The notes: generated from the sequence alone by a model not told the origin. Shown: positions 11,881-25,376, counted from the stretch's first letter. The stretch: DNA of 64,000 nucleotides from Octopus sinensis (GCF_006345805.1 NC_043003.1:100626001-100690000), one strand, 5' to 3'. Made by a program: numbers and translations.

Positions 11881-14092
11881 TGCAAATCACCAATCTCCAA
11901 TGATTCTGCATTCCTATCTATCTGCATACACTCATCCCTCGTACATAACCACACAAGTATATATACATGTGTGTGCATGTGTGCACACATGTGTACAGCT
12001 GAACACTGTACGCATACACACAGATATGTGCACCCATGTGTGTTCGTGTATATGTTCATGCACACGCATATGCATATACTCATATGTGTATCTATACTAT
12101 AATGGAGAAAGCTGCTTATTAATTAAGTACGTAACAATTACTAAAAATGCTAAAAGAAAACAATTACTAGAGGGTTGACCGTCTGGAGATATCTTTATAA
12201 ATTCATGTTCTAAGAAATTTCCTATAATTTCGATTTCTCAAGTTTATTGAATTTTTTTAACTTCAATTTCTCACGAATTTAAATATTCATTGCATTCACT
12301 GCGGAATATTTCATTTTCATTTGCAGAGTCTCTTACTTTCTCTTTTAAGTTTTAATTCACTATTAATGTATACATAATGTAAAAAAATTATTTATTGAAT
12401 AAAAATTTTTTTAAATACCTGTATAAATTTTGAATGCGGGATAGCTGTGAGAAGAGCTTAGAAAGTTGGGTAATTACTATTAGAAGACAAGGAGCCAAAA
12501 AACAAAAAGTTACTGACAAGTACTTGAAACTTGCACCTTATTCACAGTTTCCAAACACAACTTCAACAGTGACATACACACAAACACACACACCAATACA
12601 CACTCGTGCACATACATACACATACACACAAATGAAAGGGTGTGTGTGTGTGTGTGCATGTGCATACGTGCGTGCTGTTCACTGACAAAACTTTGTGCTG
12701 CATCACTTTGTGAATTTTTGAATATGATTTCAAAGCAGCGAAAATATTTTGACACAAATGAAGTTTTAATGTTGAAATGAAACTAATGGTATTTGTGTGT
12801 TCTTGAATGGTTTACAAACATCTTCCACTCAACAATTGTTTTTGTTTCAGCACATGATCTCAGATCAAGTCACTTGCTATGCAAGTACCTCTCCATAATT
12901 TTTTAAAATCACAGTGGATAAATGCCAGCAAGGACCTTCACAGGCTCTCCAATATTTTAATTTCTAAACAGAAACAATCGGGTTGCAAAAAATTCATAAT
13001 TTCTCCAATTTTCTTTCTTATAGCATATAAATGTATTTATGGGGGAAAAAATATTGAAAAACATCAATACATGCGAGAGTGATAAAGAAACGAGGAGGGG
13101 TGTCTTTGGATATGCTAGAAACAACAGCCAAATCGCCCTTAAATCACTCGCTTTTCCCTTTCGAAATATTAGCAACTTTATTTGATTTTCTTATTGAAAA
13201 TGCTCTTCCCATGGGTTTGAAGTGCAAAAAAAAATTGGCCAAAATAGGTTCAGAGTGGGATGATTGGGGGGGGTGTAAAAAAATCATTTTCAAACCTTTT
13301 TTCATACAAAGATGTCCCCAACCCCATCATTTCGAAGGCTGTGGTTTAAAAATAATGGGGAAAATGCCTGAAAAAGTTTTCCCCACAAATTTCTTTATAT
13401 TCGTAATCTACGCCGTTTGAAAGGGATTTGTATAAATTCTCATTAAAAGATACCCATCTTCCTGAAAGTTATGTGGGGAAAAAGTCAGATGGTGTGAATT
13501 TTCTGAAACTTCTTTCTCTAACCGCTTGCAAAAATTCTTTCCCATAAATCTCTATATACTCTGGAGCTACAACATCTAAGCAGTATTTGTTAAAATTTTG
13601 TTTAAAAATATACATTTTTCTGGATGTTATGAGGCAACAAAGTTGGGGGCATATACATTTGTAGTAATGCCCTTTTACTTATATGATTTTTTTCATTTCA
13701 TATTTATTCCATTCATTGTTTGCAATGTTCTCTCTCTCACACACACACACACACTACAAAGCTTACAGATGTGTTGCGGAGTTGAAATCTCTATGTTGCT
13801 TTGAGGGGAAGGTAAAACTTGACAAACTACTTCTCCCTGTGTTGTTGGACTACCGTGAAGTTTGTTTTAGAAAGAGAGATTATGACTATAATAAAATAAT
13901 GAAAGCAATATTTACTAAGTAAGTGAGCACTATTATACAAAGAAATAATTAGATATAAAATATAAAAATTAATAGAAATTAGAATCAAATGTGAAAATAT
14001 TGTCAAGGGGCTAGCAGAAAACTGCCTGGTGGGTGGTCTTTCTGCTAGTATAGACAAGGGTAAATACGTACATGCATGTGTGTGTTTTTGTG

Positions 14093-14136
<44 letters not shown>

Positions 14137-14480
14137 TACGTATATCTGTGTGTGTGTACAGGTGTGTGTGTGTGTGCATGCATATGTGTGAATGTACGCC
14201 TATACATACATGCACACACTCACATAGATACAGACATGTACACACAGATATATAAGCACATGTATAGACACACACATGTCTATATATTTGCACATCTACC
14301 ACCCCTTCCTACTTCCCCCCACCAACCATGTGACTTTTTTTGATCAATCACAGGCTAATGTACGGTAATAAACATTTGACTTTCTTCATTCAAATTCATA
14401 TGGCTAAAGACTAGTATTAAGTTTGAAACTCAGAGTACCAAGGTGTTTGAATCAAAATGTTTTGATCGTATGTATGTATG

Positions 14481-14514
<34 letters not shown>

Positions 14515-14687
14515 TGTATGTATGTATGTATGCATGCATGCATGCTAGTATGTCTATGCTGTTAAGAAGATTGCTGCCCAACTATGTAACTATGTAACTT
14601 GGACAAGTATCTTCTACTATAGGTCTGGGCTGATCAAAGAAGTGTCAGTTTAATCTGGTGTACACATACACACGTGTGTGCATATAT

Positions 14688-14735
<48 letters not shown>

Positions 14736-14862
14736 GGTGTACCCAAAGGAAACTGGAATTTTGCAATATTATTTTATTCACTTACTTGCCCAAGGTGCCA
14801 TATAGGGGAATGGAACTATGTGGTTGGGAAGCACACCACATATAAATATAAATATATGTGCA

Positions 14863-17800
14863 CAAGGGTTGGACAAAATTATGGAAACATCTCATTAAGT
14901 GAAAATTTTATCATCTAACACAGAGTTGCACCTTTGGCAGCAATCACAGCTTTAATATGTTGAGGAATTGACTCATAAAAATTCTGAACAGTTGTTGGGG
15001 TAATTTTGAGCCATTTTTCAAATAACACTTGCTTTAGATCTTTCAGAGACAATGGTGGAGGGATTGTAGTTCCTTTTCACTGCTCCACTATGCACCATAA
15101 ATGTTTGATTCTATTGAGATCCAGTGATTGTGGAGGCCAATCCAAGTTGCCTGCTTCACTTTTAGGCTCATATACTAAATTTGAATAACATTAGCCAAGT
15201 GAATTAGCATATTACCATTCTCAAAGATTGTGCTACCTTCAGAAGACAATATTTATATGGTATGATGGATATGATCAGCCCAAATACTCAGATTAATCCT
15301 TGACACCTTAACTCTTCCATGCAAAACTAAAGTGCTAAGAGAATTTCATGATATATCTGCCAAAATCATCAGAGCCACTTCCATGCTTCATTGTAGGGCT
15401 AAACAGTCGTGGTTGAAGATTTTTGGGGGCTATCTCCAGACATAAACTCACCCCAAAATGACAAAAGGAGTGACAGATGATTCAATAAAGATGGCACTGT
15501 TCCACCAAGTTATGCATAACAACTGATTCTCTAGATACCATTTTTTCTGTTTATCAAGAGATAGGCAATGTTTAGCAGTTGCAGCCTCCCATAAATTCCA
15601 GCTTTATGAAACTCACAATGAATGGCTTTGGTTGACACAGAGTTGGCAAAGATGGTGGTTTAGCTCTACTGTCATTTTTAGTGCCATAGTTCAATTGCTT
15701 TTAGACGCAACACCTTTCACTTTTTAATTGTCCCTGTTGTAAGGAATTAGTAATAAAGGTACACCTCTCCCATATGACGAGTGGGTAGAACCAGTCACAA
15801 CAAGTAAGGTGACATCAGCCAGTATTGAGAGAGTACATAATGGGCAGTCAAGGGATAGTCGTGTCTGTACTGATCTAGTAATTATACTATGATACCAAGT
15901 GGGTGTTGTAACAATCCAACCTCTTGAAGATAATAACACTGTTATACTGGGGGTCGTACAGTGCCAGATAGCAACATCCTATTGATGACTTCGGAATATA
16001 ACAATATCTGTCAGAGTGTCAACCATTGTACAAAGACATATACAACAGTGGCAAAAGACCACTTTATAACAGTGGTGACAATTCACGTGGAGTTAACAGA
16101 AACTTGTAGAGGAGTTAAGAAACTCACAAAGTTTTTTGTTGCAAAATTTTATGAAAAATTGTAAAACTATGGCCAGTTTGGTTGAGTTGCAAAAGCAGCA
16201 ACAACAACAGTTGAAAGAACAATAACAATAGCAGATACAACTGCAAAAGCAACAATTGATATTACAGCAACAAATGCTGCAATTATTGAAGTTATCAAAA
16301 AAGTCAGAAAAGTGTTCTTACCAGACTACGTCATGAATTCAATAACTGAATTCAAATATGAACCTGATGACGGAGTTACTTTCAGAGCATACTACAGAAG
16401 ACATGAGCAAATGTTCAAAAAAAGACTGCAAAGATTGGGACAACAAGATGAAAACTTGCTTAATCTTGAAAAAACTGGCACCAACAGAATATAAATGATA
16501 CAGTAATTTTCTACTCCCAAGAAAACCTTCAGATGTAAACTTTAATGACACAATAGATATATTGTGTAAAACTTTCAGTGAACAAAGCTCATTGTTCAAC
16601 ACATGTTGGAAGTGTCTAAACATAGAGAAAAACAACAATGAAGACTTTATCACATATGCTGGTAGAGTAAAACAGGAAATGTGAGAAGTTTAAGCTGGAT
16701 GAATTAACTCCAGATATGTTCAAATGCCTGATTTTTACTCAGGGACTAACTGCTGAAAAGAATACAGATGTCAGAACTAGAATTCTTGCAAAGCTGGAGT
16801 AAAGCCCTACAAAAAGTGTCTGAAGAATGAGAAAGGGTACTTAAATTAAGACACAACACAGAGGAAATTGAACATAAAGATTGTTTCCAAGTAAAACCAG
16901 TGCAGAATAGTCTGAATAGAGATGAAGTGTTTTCTAAAAACATGACAAACATCAAGATTTAAACCCATGTTTTGCATATGGTGATATGCACCCGAGGAAA
17001 TATTGCTCATTTAAAAAAGCAGAATGTTTTTATTGTGTAAATGTAAGACATATAAAGTAGAACAAAGACAATAAAATGTCAGAACAATAAGAAAAAAGAA
17101 AATAGTATGTCATCAGAAGAAACTGGTAATACAATGCACAGAAAATTCATACATGTGAAAATTAAAAATACTGGTGTAAAATTAAAGTTCAACACAGGTA
17201 GTGACATGACTATTATAAACGAAAAAATGTGGAAATATGTCAGTAAGCTGAAATTAATTAAATCTAAAAAAGTAGCACATGGTGATACTAGAAAAAGATT
17301 ATATTTTATCGGTGAATGCGTATATAACGTAACATTTCAAGGTCAAATGAAAAAGGCTAAGATAAATTGTATGAAAAAATTTAAAAAAAGGGAGATGGGG
17401 TCAATAAAAAGAAATATCACTAAATAAGATGACACTTCCCAAGAAAAACTTAAAAGGAGAGATGTTGTAGGAAATTAGTAAAAATGGTACACCCCTCCCA
17501 CGTGATGAACCAGTCACTATAAGTAAGGAGACAGCAGCCAGTATCGAGAGAGTTCATAGTGGGCGGTCAATAGATAGTCATGTCTGTACTGATCTAGTAA
17601 TTATATTACAATACCAAGTGAGTGTTATAACAATCCAACCTTTTGAGGATAATAATGCTGTTATACTGGAGGTTGTACAGTGCCAGATAGAAACATCCCA
17701 TTAACGACTTCGAAATATAACAATATCTGTCAGAGCGACAACCATTGTACAAAGACAGACACAATAGTGGTAAAAGACCGCTTTATAATAGTCCTGTCTG

Positions 17801-18158
17801 TGACCTTCTGTCCAGAATTATGCTTGCCAGAGCTTGCTATCTTGGTCTAGGAATGACAACATGACACTAGAGACTACTTCTTGAAACATTAAACAGTTTT
17901 AATGACAGAAACTGCAGCCATCCATGCTCCAACAATTTATCCTTTTTGTAAATCTGGGCAAATCATGCATTTTAAGCTATTTAAATATAAACATCTGCAA
18001 TACACAACAAACAGATGGCTATATCATGAAGTAGAAGGCATACATAAAGGTTATGAAGACACATATACAGACTAGAACAGTTTAGATTTGTCATATTGCT
18101 GATAGAAAAATAAAAGTTAAATAAAAAGTGGTATTTCCATTATTTTGTCTAACCTCTG
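14863..18158 (-). mobile_element. Degenerate Tc1-family DNA transposon interrupted by an LTR element
   Basis: TIRs caagggttggacaaaattatggaaac (14863) and gtatttccattattttgtctaacctctg (to 18158). Minus-strand remnants: MICPDLQKG*IVGAWMAAVSVIKT (N-terminus, about 17800-17970), PTMKHGSGS and WPPQSLDLNRIKHLW (about 15080-15400). Confidence 0.88.
15735..17790 (+). mobile_element. Non-autonomous Ty3/Gypsy-type LTR retroelement, about 2.06 kb (gag and protease remnants only)
   Basis: LTRs at 15735-16071 (TG...CA) and 17463-17790. PBS-like TGGTGACA follows the 5' LTR; PPT aaaaggagaga precedes the 3' LTR. TSD gtccc/gtcct. Internal peptides FKYEPDDGVTFRAYYRRHE, EDFITYAG, DMFKCLIF, and protease-like VKLKFNTGSDMTII. 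Confidence 0.92.
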
Positions 18159-19188
18159 CATATACGTATATGTATGTGTGCGTAAATGCGCGTGAGAGTT
18201 ACACATATAGAGAGCAAAAATCTGAGGTAGCTTCATATTTTATAAATGAGATGTGTAAGTAGACTGAAATGGGAAACTGGGAAGATAAAAGTTGTAAGGA
18301 GGAAAATCTGAATGAAACAAACTGAAAGGTTGGTGGGAAAGAAAACCTGTGCAGTGCAACAAAAGCAAAAGTGTGTCAAGTACCATCAATTCTGCTTTAA
18401 TTTTTTGTGCTCATTTACAATTAAAACTTTAAAGACTAAGGTTTAGAGCCTAAAAGAATATCTACATACATACATATTCATACATACACAGAATTATATA
18501 TATATATACACACACATACCTATGTACACACACACACACACACACACACAAACATATGCATGCATGTATACATGTGTTTCTCTGTATATATATGTATACA
18601 CACAAACATACATACATATACATTCAACTCATGTATGTATAAAGATATATATATTGATCGTTTTTTAAATTTTTTTTATTGTTTTCTTTTTTTCCCCCTT
18701 TTGATCGAAAACCTACCCCACTTTTTTTTTGCCTCCCCAAAAAGAAAAGCTCTACTTTGTAATCTGTCCCATCTGTGTGCAGCCCTGTGTGGCTAATAAA
18801 GAAACATATTTCTTTATTATTGTCTCAGTTGTTGGACTGCAGCCATACTGGGGTATACCTAAGGGTTTTAGTCAAGTGTCAATGAAGTGTCCCTAGTACT
18901 TATTTTTTTTCCATTAAGCCTGGTACTTATCCATTAATTTCTTTTTGCCAAACTGATAAGTAACAGGAATATGAACAAACTAACATCAGTTGCCATGTGG
19001 TGGGACAAACTCAAAGATACATATAAATATATACAGACACACACACACAAACAACAAGTTTCTTGCAGTCTCTGTGTACCAATTCCACTCACAAAGCTTT
19101 AGTTGACCTGGGGCTATAGTAGACACTACTTGCCCAAGGTGCCATGCAGTGGGTGTGAACCCAGAACCATGTGACAGAGAATTATATA

Positions 19189-19239
<51 letters not shown>

Positions 19240-19245
19240 AATTAG

Positions 19246-19276
<31 letters not shown>

Positions 19277-19277
19277 C

Positions 19278-19806
19278 AGCTAAGACTGTACTCCCTGGAG
19301 AAAAGACGGGAGAGGTATGCAGTAATATATGTCTGGAAGATCCTAGAAGGAATTGTGCCAAATTTTGGCATTGTAAGCTACACCAATGCTAGAACGGGAC
19401 GACACTGCATAGTGCCAAAGATCCCAGCAATGCCATCACGCTTCAGGATCAGCTTCTGCAACAGCCTGGATTTCAAGGGCCCACAGCTTTTTAATATTCT
19501 CCCAAAGAGTCTGAGGAACTTGCACAAGGTAGATGTAGCGGTTTTTAAATCAAAGCTGGACATCTTCCTGTTGAGAGTCCCAGATGAACCTACCTCATGG
19601 CAAGAGGTGCAAATGAGAGTAGCTATATCAAACTCCATTCTTCACCAAGTGCCACATATTAGAGGAGGTTCTTCATAATTACAGTGTAGCACAAAATGGC
19701 GGTGCATCATATATATAATATGTATATATATATTATATTTTTTTCTTTTATATATATATATATATCTTATATATATATATATGTATATATATATATTAGT
19801 TTTTTT

Positions 19807-19848
<42 letters not shown>

Positions 19849-20170
19849 TATATATATATATTAGTTTTTTTTCTTTTATATATATATATATTATATGTAT
19901 ATATATATATTAGTTTTTTTTCTTTTTTCTTTTATATATATATATATATTTTTTTCTTTTATATATATATATATATTATATGTATATATATATATTTTTA
20001 TATATTTTTTTTTATATATATATATTATATATATATATATTATATATATATATATTATAATATATATATATATTATATATATATATAGCACCAGGTGGTG
20101 CTATTAAGTTAGACATGGCCTGGGCCAATACTGGCCAAAACCTTTCTAAGTTATTCTAAGTTATATATAT
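19278..20170 (+). mobile_element. 5'-truncated CR1-group LINE 3' end; 3' UTR interrupted by a microsatellite
   Basis: Peptide YSLEKRRERYAVIYVWKILEG...GPQLFNILPKSLRN...FKSKLDIFLLRVPDEP, stop at 19678, and a reiterated ctaagttat tail at about 20146-20190. Confidence 0.85.
19705..20087. repeat. AT microsatellite with a higher-order unit of about 55-65 bp
   Basis: The motif attagttttttt(t)cttttatatat...attatatgtatatat recurs about 4-5 times. Confidence 0.8.
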
Positions 20171-20210
20171 TATATATATATATAAGTTATATATATTATA
20201 TATATATACA

Positions 20211-20925
20211 AGTGCCACACCCTAGCGGTTGAGGGAACCTGCGGAAGAGGCAGACCCAGGAAAACCTGGGACGAGGTGGTGAAGCACGACCTTCGAACTT
20301 TAGGTCTCACTGAGGAAATGACTAGAGACCGAGACCTCTGGAAGTGTACTGTGCGCGAGAAGACCCGGCAGGACAAGTGAGTCCATAACCCATGGCCTTC
20401 TACATGGGATGGAGCCAGCCTACGTATGCATACCTTCCCTTCTTGGGACACAAAACTCTACTTGTGAAGACCTGTTGAGGCAAGTGAGGATCAGAATCGA
20501 AATCGATCAATGGAAATTGCAGATGTGTTACCAGTGCCGGTGGCATGTAAGAGAACCTTCCGTTTCATGACCGTTGCCAGCGCCGCCCCGACTGGCCTCG
20601 TGCCGGTGGCACGTAAAAAGCACCATCCGTTCATGTCCGTTGCCAGCCTCGCCTGGCCCTCATGCCGGTGGCACATAAAAAGCACCATCCGTTCGTGGCC
20701 GTTTGCCAGCTCTGTCTGGCACCTGTGCGGGTGGCACGTAAAAAGCACCCACTACACTCACGGAGTGGTTGGCGTTAGGAAGGGCATCCAGCCGTAGAAA
20801 CACTGCCAGATTTGACTGGGCCTGATGAAGCCTTCTGGCTTCACAGACCCCTGTAGAACCGTCCAACCCATGCTAGCATGGAAAATGGACGCTAAACGAT
20901 GATGATGATGATGATGATGATGATA
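20211..20925 (+). mobile_element. 5'-truncated RTE-clade LINE 3' end with tandem repeats of about 60 bp in the UTR and a (GAT)n tail
   Basis: Peptide CHTLAVEGTCGRGRPRKTWDEVVKHDLRTLGLTEEMTRDRDLWK. tgccggtggcacgtaaaaagcacc recurs at 20535-20750. CpG-rich, so probably young. Confidence 0.88.
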
Positions 20926-21320
20926 TATATATATATATATGTAGTTGTTTGTGTTTGTGTGTGTATGTGTACATATGCATATACATGTATACACACACAC
21001 CTATTATAGTCAGGAAGCATGGCATGGGCCATGATCGTTTACAAAGCTTTTGACACCGGTGGAGTGGAGGAAGGTAACCTCAAACCAGAAACATATTTGC
21101 AGCAGAGTGTACCTTGACTAAACACCTCCACAGCAACAAGTGTTGATATTAAACTAACAGGTGGGTTAAGTGCACCACCGAAACAGGCCTATGTGGGATT
21201 TGAACTCAGAAAGCAAAGAACTGGGACAAACTATCTTGTCGATGTTCCACCAATATTTGCTTTGAACTGATACTTTTTTTATGAAGCTCAAAGGATAAAT
21301 ATATATATATATATACATAT

Positions 21321-22226
21321 ATAACAAAGTGGAGTTGTAGGGTACCGCACAAGTGGAATTATATATGAAAGAAGGTTTGAAAATGCAATTTTAAAAGATG
21401 TTTATTTAGTTTACCAGTTTCACTCTTTGGAAAAAGATTGTCAAAAGTAACATGTAGAAGTTTGGTTGCGTTAATTATTGGTCTCTACAAAATGCTACAT
21501 TACATATATACAGTCTTTGGTAACAAGGACATGTTATGGAAATAAAAAAAGTTTAACAAGTTCCTTAAAATATTGGGTACAAAAGATTACAACATAAATA
21601 ATCATTCTCAAGAACATGTTAAAGATAGTTTCCAGAAGGAATTATTAAAAAGTTCAGTGGGATATTGGTATTGTATCTGTATATTCAAACACGCACAGAA
21701 TATTGGTTGACACAGAGTACTACAGTACATATATATACATTCTTTGGTGACAAGAGCATGTTAAGAACATAAAAAAGTTTAACAAGTTCATTGAAATATT
21801 GGGCACAAAAGATTACAACAAATATATAATACATTCTACATATATACGTAAAAGAATATTCTTTTACGTTAACATGGTGGACAGGTCAGTTTTAGCTTCC
21901 CTACTATTATAATGTAAACCTTTTTGAACTCATAATATTCTGTGCATGTATACCAATATTCCACTGAACTTTTTAATAATTCCTTCTGGAAATTATCTTG
22001 AGAATGTATAATATATTTGTTGTAATCTTTTGTGCCCAATATTTCAATGAACTTGTTAAACTTTTTTATGTTCTTAACATGCTCTTGTCACCAAAGAATG
22101 TATATATATGTATTGTAGTACTCTGTGTCAACCAAACTTCTACATGTTACTTTTGACAATCTTTTTCCAAAGAGTGAAACCGGTAAAGTAAATAAACATC
22201 TTTTAAAATTGAATTTTCAAACCTTT

Positions 22227-22230
<4 letters not shown>
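21321..22230. mobile_element. Fold-back structure between (TA)n arrays, probably Penelope pseudo-LTR derived
   Basis: 21370-21465 is the reverse complement of 22133-22228, and 21709-21840 of about 22005-22133. A perfect 24-bp palindrome sits at 21846-21869. Confidence 0.7.
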
Positions 22231-22315
<85 letters not shown>

Positions 22316-22325
22316 TATATATAAC

Positions 22326-22370
<45 letters not shown>

Positions 22371-22378
22371 ATATAATA
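22231..22378. repeat. (TA)n microsatellite
   Basis: Read directly. Other large TA/CA/AAT tracts lie at 7739-7775, 10057-10140, 14098-14175, 19185-19277, 31360-31512, 37760-37862 and 44224-44371. Confidence 0.97.
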
Positions 22379-24292
22379 ATAACAATTTAAGAAATAAAGC
22401 ATAGATACATATATGTACATACCTACATCTATATGTATATATACATGCATATATGGGTACAGGACACCACAAAAAAAGGTAGAACACAACGAGAAACGAA
22501 AACATAAAAACAAAACATGGAAACGGACTTTTTTTAACAACGAAAAAACAGAGTACAAGACATACAACACAAGGAACATTCCCCTTCTTCAGCTGCCCCT
22601 ATTTCGACTTATTGCATGTTTAGAGAGAAAGAGAGATGCATATACACATGCACACACCATATACATGAATAAGTGTGCATGGATATATTTGTATGTGATA
22701 TAAATCAGCTCCCTAGTAAGTGTGATCATAGTTTGTTAATGAGCAGCAAAATTAAAATGACTTTATAGCCCAATTTCGCCACAACTATGACACTTCTCAA
22801 ATTAATTTTAAGACAGTTCAACCTTATTAACTGCACCATCTATGTGAAAAACCAATATGTGTGCATGGTTAAGTTCTAAGATATCTTTAATGAACCAAAG
22901 ATATGGCTCATATGGCAACATGCTGTGTTGCTTGACGATCTGAAAACATCACAAAAACCAAATACTAAGGCCATTGAGGATCACAAATTGTTGCAGGCTG
23001 AATTATTATACAGACTTGATCTAAAGTATAAGCTTTCCCACTTTCAAAGTGGTTGTACTGTACACCCATTCACAATCTTTGTAAGTCCTTATACACCATT
23101 ATCAGATAACCACTGAACCTACATTGAGTTCATTCATCCTTTTACGGGTTTTCTGTTAGCAACCTTTATCACCATGTTAACCCAGGGCGGGTGTCAGTTT
23201 TGTAACATTTAGCTTAACCATGTAACATGTTTTACTCCATATGTGTGTGTGTGTGTGCATGTGCACATTTGTATATGGTGGTGGACCTCTATTATTTAAT
23301 GACGTGAATTAGTTGTTCACTGAACTGAATTACCTGCTCCTGAATTAATATGAAAGTGGAAGAGTATTTCAGACATATATACCCTTTATGTAATTTGCAG
23401 GCAGAATCAGCATGCACAATGTATATGACAGGGCTGTACCATTTGAGCTATGGGTACAATCCACCCAGTAGTCTTCTACATAGTTACTGTCAACTCATTT
23501 ACTCTTACAAGATTTGGATTAAACCAAAGCTCTAGAAAATGATATTTGGCCAAGATATTATAAAGTGAGATCAAATCAGAGACCTTGTGATTGCTAAGAA
23601 AATGTCTTACCCATTCAGTCATATTGTGTTTATATATATGTATACATACCATACACACACATACATACATATATGTATACAAACACACATACATACACAC
23701 ATGCACACAAAATTTTATTAAAATTATTTTTTTTGTGAAGATAATTAAGATGTCTGTTCTTATGTAAATATTGCTAATGTGAGTTTAGTTTGTAACTGGA
23801 ACAGCAGGGTGCAGCATGACTTGCCTTCAGGACTTCCCAGAGTCTGAACCTTTATCATAATGTGCCGAACACAAGGAATTTTCGAAATGAAGCCTAACCC
23901 CAATGGTCTCAAGATTGGAGCCAATGGCAACTGAAAGTTAGGGATGAACTTGAAAACTGATTGAGGAGAAAGAAATACAAAAATGTAAATGTGAATATTT
24001 ATATAATTTTTATTCTTATTTTTTTTAATGTCATATATAAAACATGAACAACAGCAAATCATAAAGCAAGTATTTTTAAAGCTTTTTTTTAAAAATCAAT
24101 AACAGGGAAATTATAAAAAAGATTTGCACATGAGTGAGTGAATGTGTGTGTGCATGTGCACCTACATACATCAACAAAGCTAGGTGGCTTTCTCTGTTGT
24201 TGCATGTGCCACATATTATAATGAGTCATATCCACCCATTTCATGCTAGTAAGGTAATATGGACATAAAATGATGACTGATATACATATGTA

Positions 24293-25376
24293 CAGGGTGC
24301 ATCAGTTTTTTTGAAGACACCTCTTTCAAAAACTCTTTTTCACCTCAATTTTCAGATAAATTATGTTAAACATCAGGTTGACTCAGTAATTGTAGCCTTA
24401 AAAGTGCAGCATAGTGAAACAGAAATAGTTCGCTTTCTGAAAGTTACCCAATCTTTCATGGACAAAATTCAAAAGGAGCTGGAAGATGCTGATGGAGATC
24501 CAATATCAGCAGCAACATGAAATGCATGCACAGGGACTTAATACCATCAGAACACATAACTTTGTACAAAATGTCCAAGAAATAATCGATAAAACCTCAA
24601 TCAGTGTCATCAGCTCTTTAGCCAGCAGAAAAGTTGTGCATAAGGATATGTGGAAGGGTCAGTTTATGTCAGATGTGATGAGAGAACTATTTGATCTGTG
24701 CAAAGTGTTTGCTTCAATCAGGAACAAAAGGTAAACTGAAGGAGCAACAAATGGTTATACAGAAACCTGAATGAGGTTCCAACGGTCATGAATCCTAAGT
24801 TTCCAGCAACTGTGATAGTTCTGGGAGCCATCAGCAACAAGGGAGATGTCATGCCTCCGCACAATTTTTCACAGGGTTTAAGAGTCAATGTTGCTGTCCA
24901 CACAGAGGAGTTGGAGAAAGTTGCAAGGCCTTGGATAGACAAAGTATGCAACAAAAAGTCAGATGTCTTTTAAAAAGACTCTGTTCTATCTCATAAGACT
25001 AGGACAACCCAAGCATGGATGATCATGTTCTCCCAAACACATGGCCACCTAACTTACTAGACCTCTATTTACTGGACTATAACATATGGAGTATAGTCAA
25101 GAGAGAGGTCAATCAACACCCCCATAGCACTATACAATCTCTCAAGTCTGCTATAACCAGCACTATGTTCAGAATTGATAAAGATCATCTGTCAGTCCTT
25201 CTGACCTCATATTGAAGCAGCCATTAATGTTAATGGTGGATTCATATAATAGGTGTGATAAAACGATTCTCAAGATTATTTGTGACAGTTTGTTTTCAAA
25301 TACAGCTTTTCTTTGATGAGCTATGCATCTTTTTCTAAAATCATACAAATGACCACAAAGAAATTGATGCACCCTG
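24293..25376 (+). mobile_element. Degenerate Tc1/mariner transposon, maT/DD37D-like
   Basis: TIRs cagggtgcatca / tgatgcaccctg, with TA on the left. Peptides KFPATVIVLGAISNKGDVMPP and WPPNLLDLYLLDYNIWSIV. Multiple stops and frameshifts. Confidence 0.85.

Noticed and set aside
14733-14775. Mariner-like TIR start (gagggtgtacccaaag)
   Set aside because: No partner TIR or transposase belonging to it was found.
22575-22612. Hammerhead at minus-strand CTGAAGA-AGGGGAATGTTCC
   Set aside because: No GAAA box or stem III follows the putative stem II.
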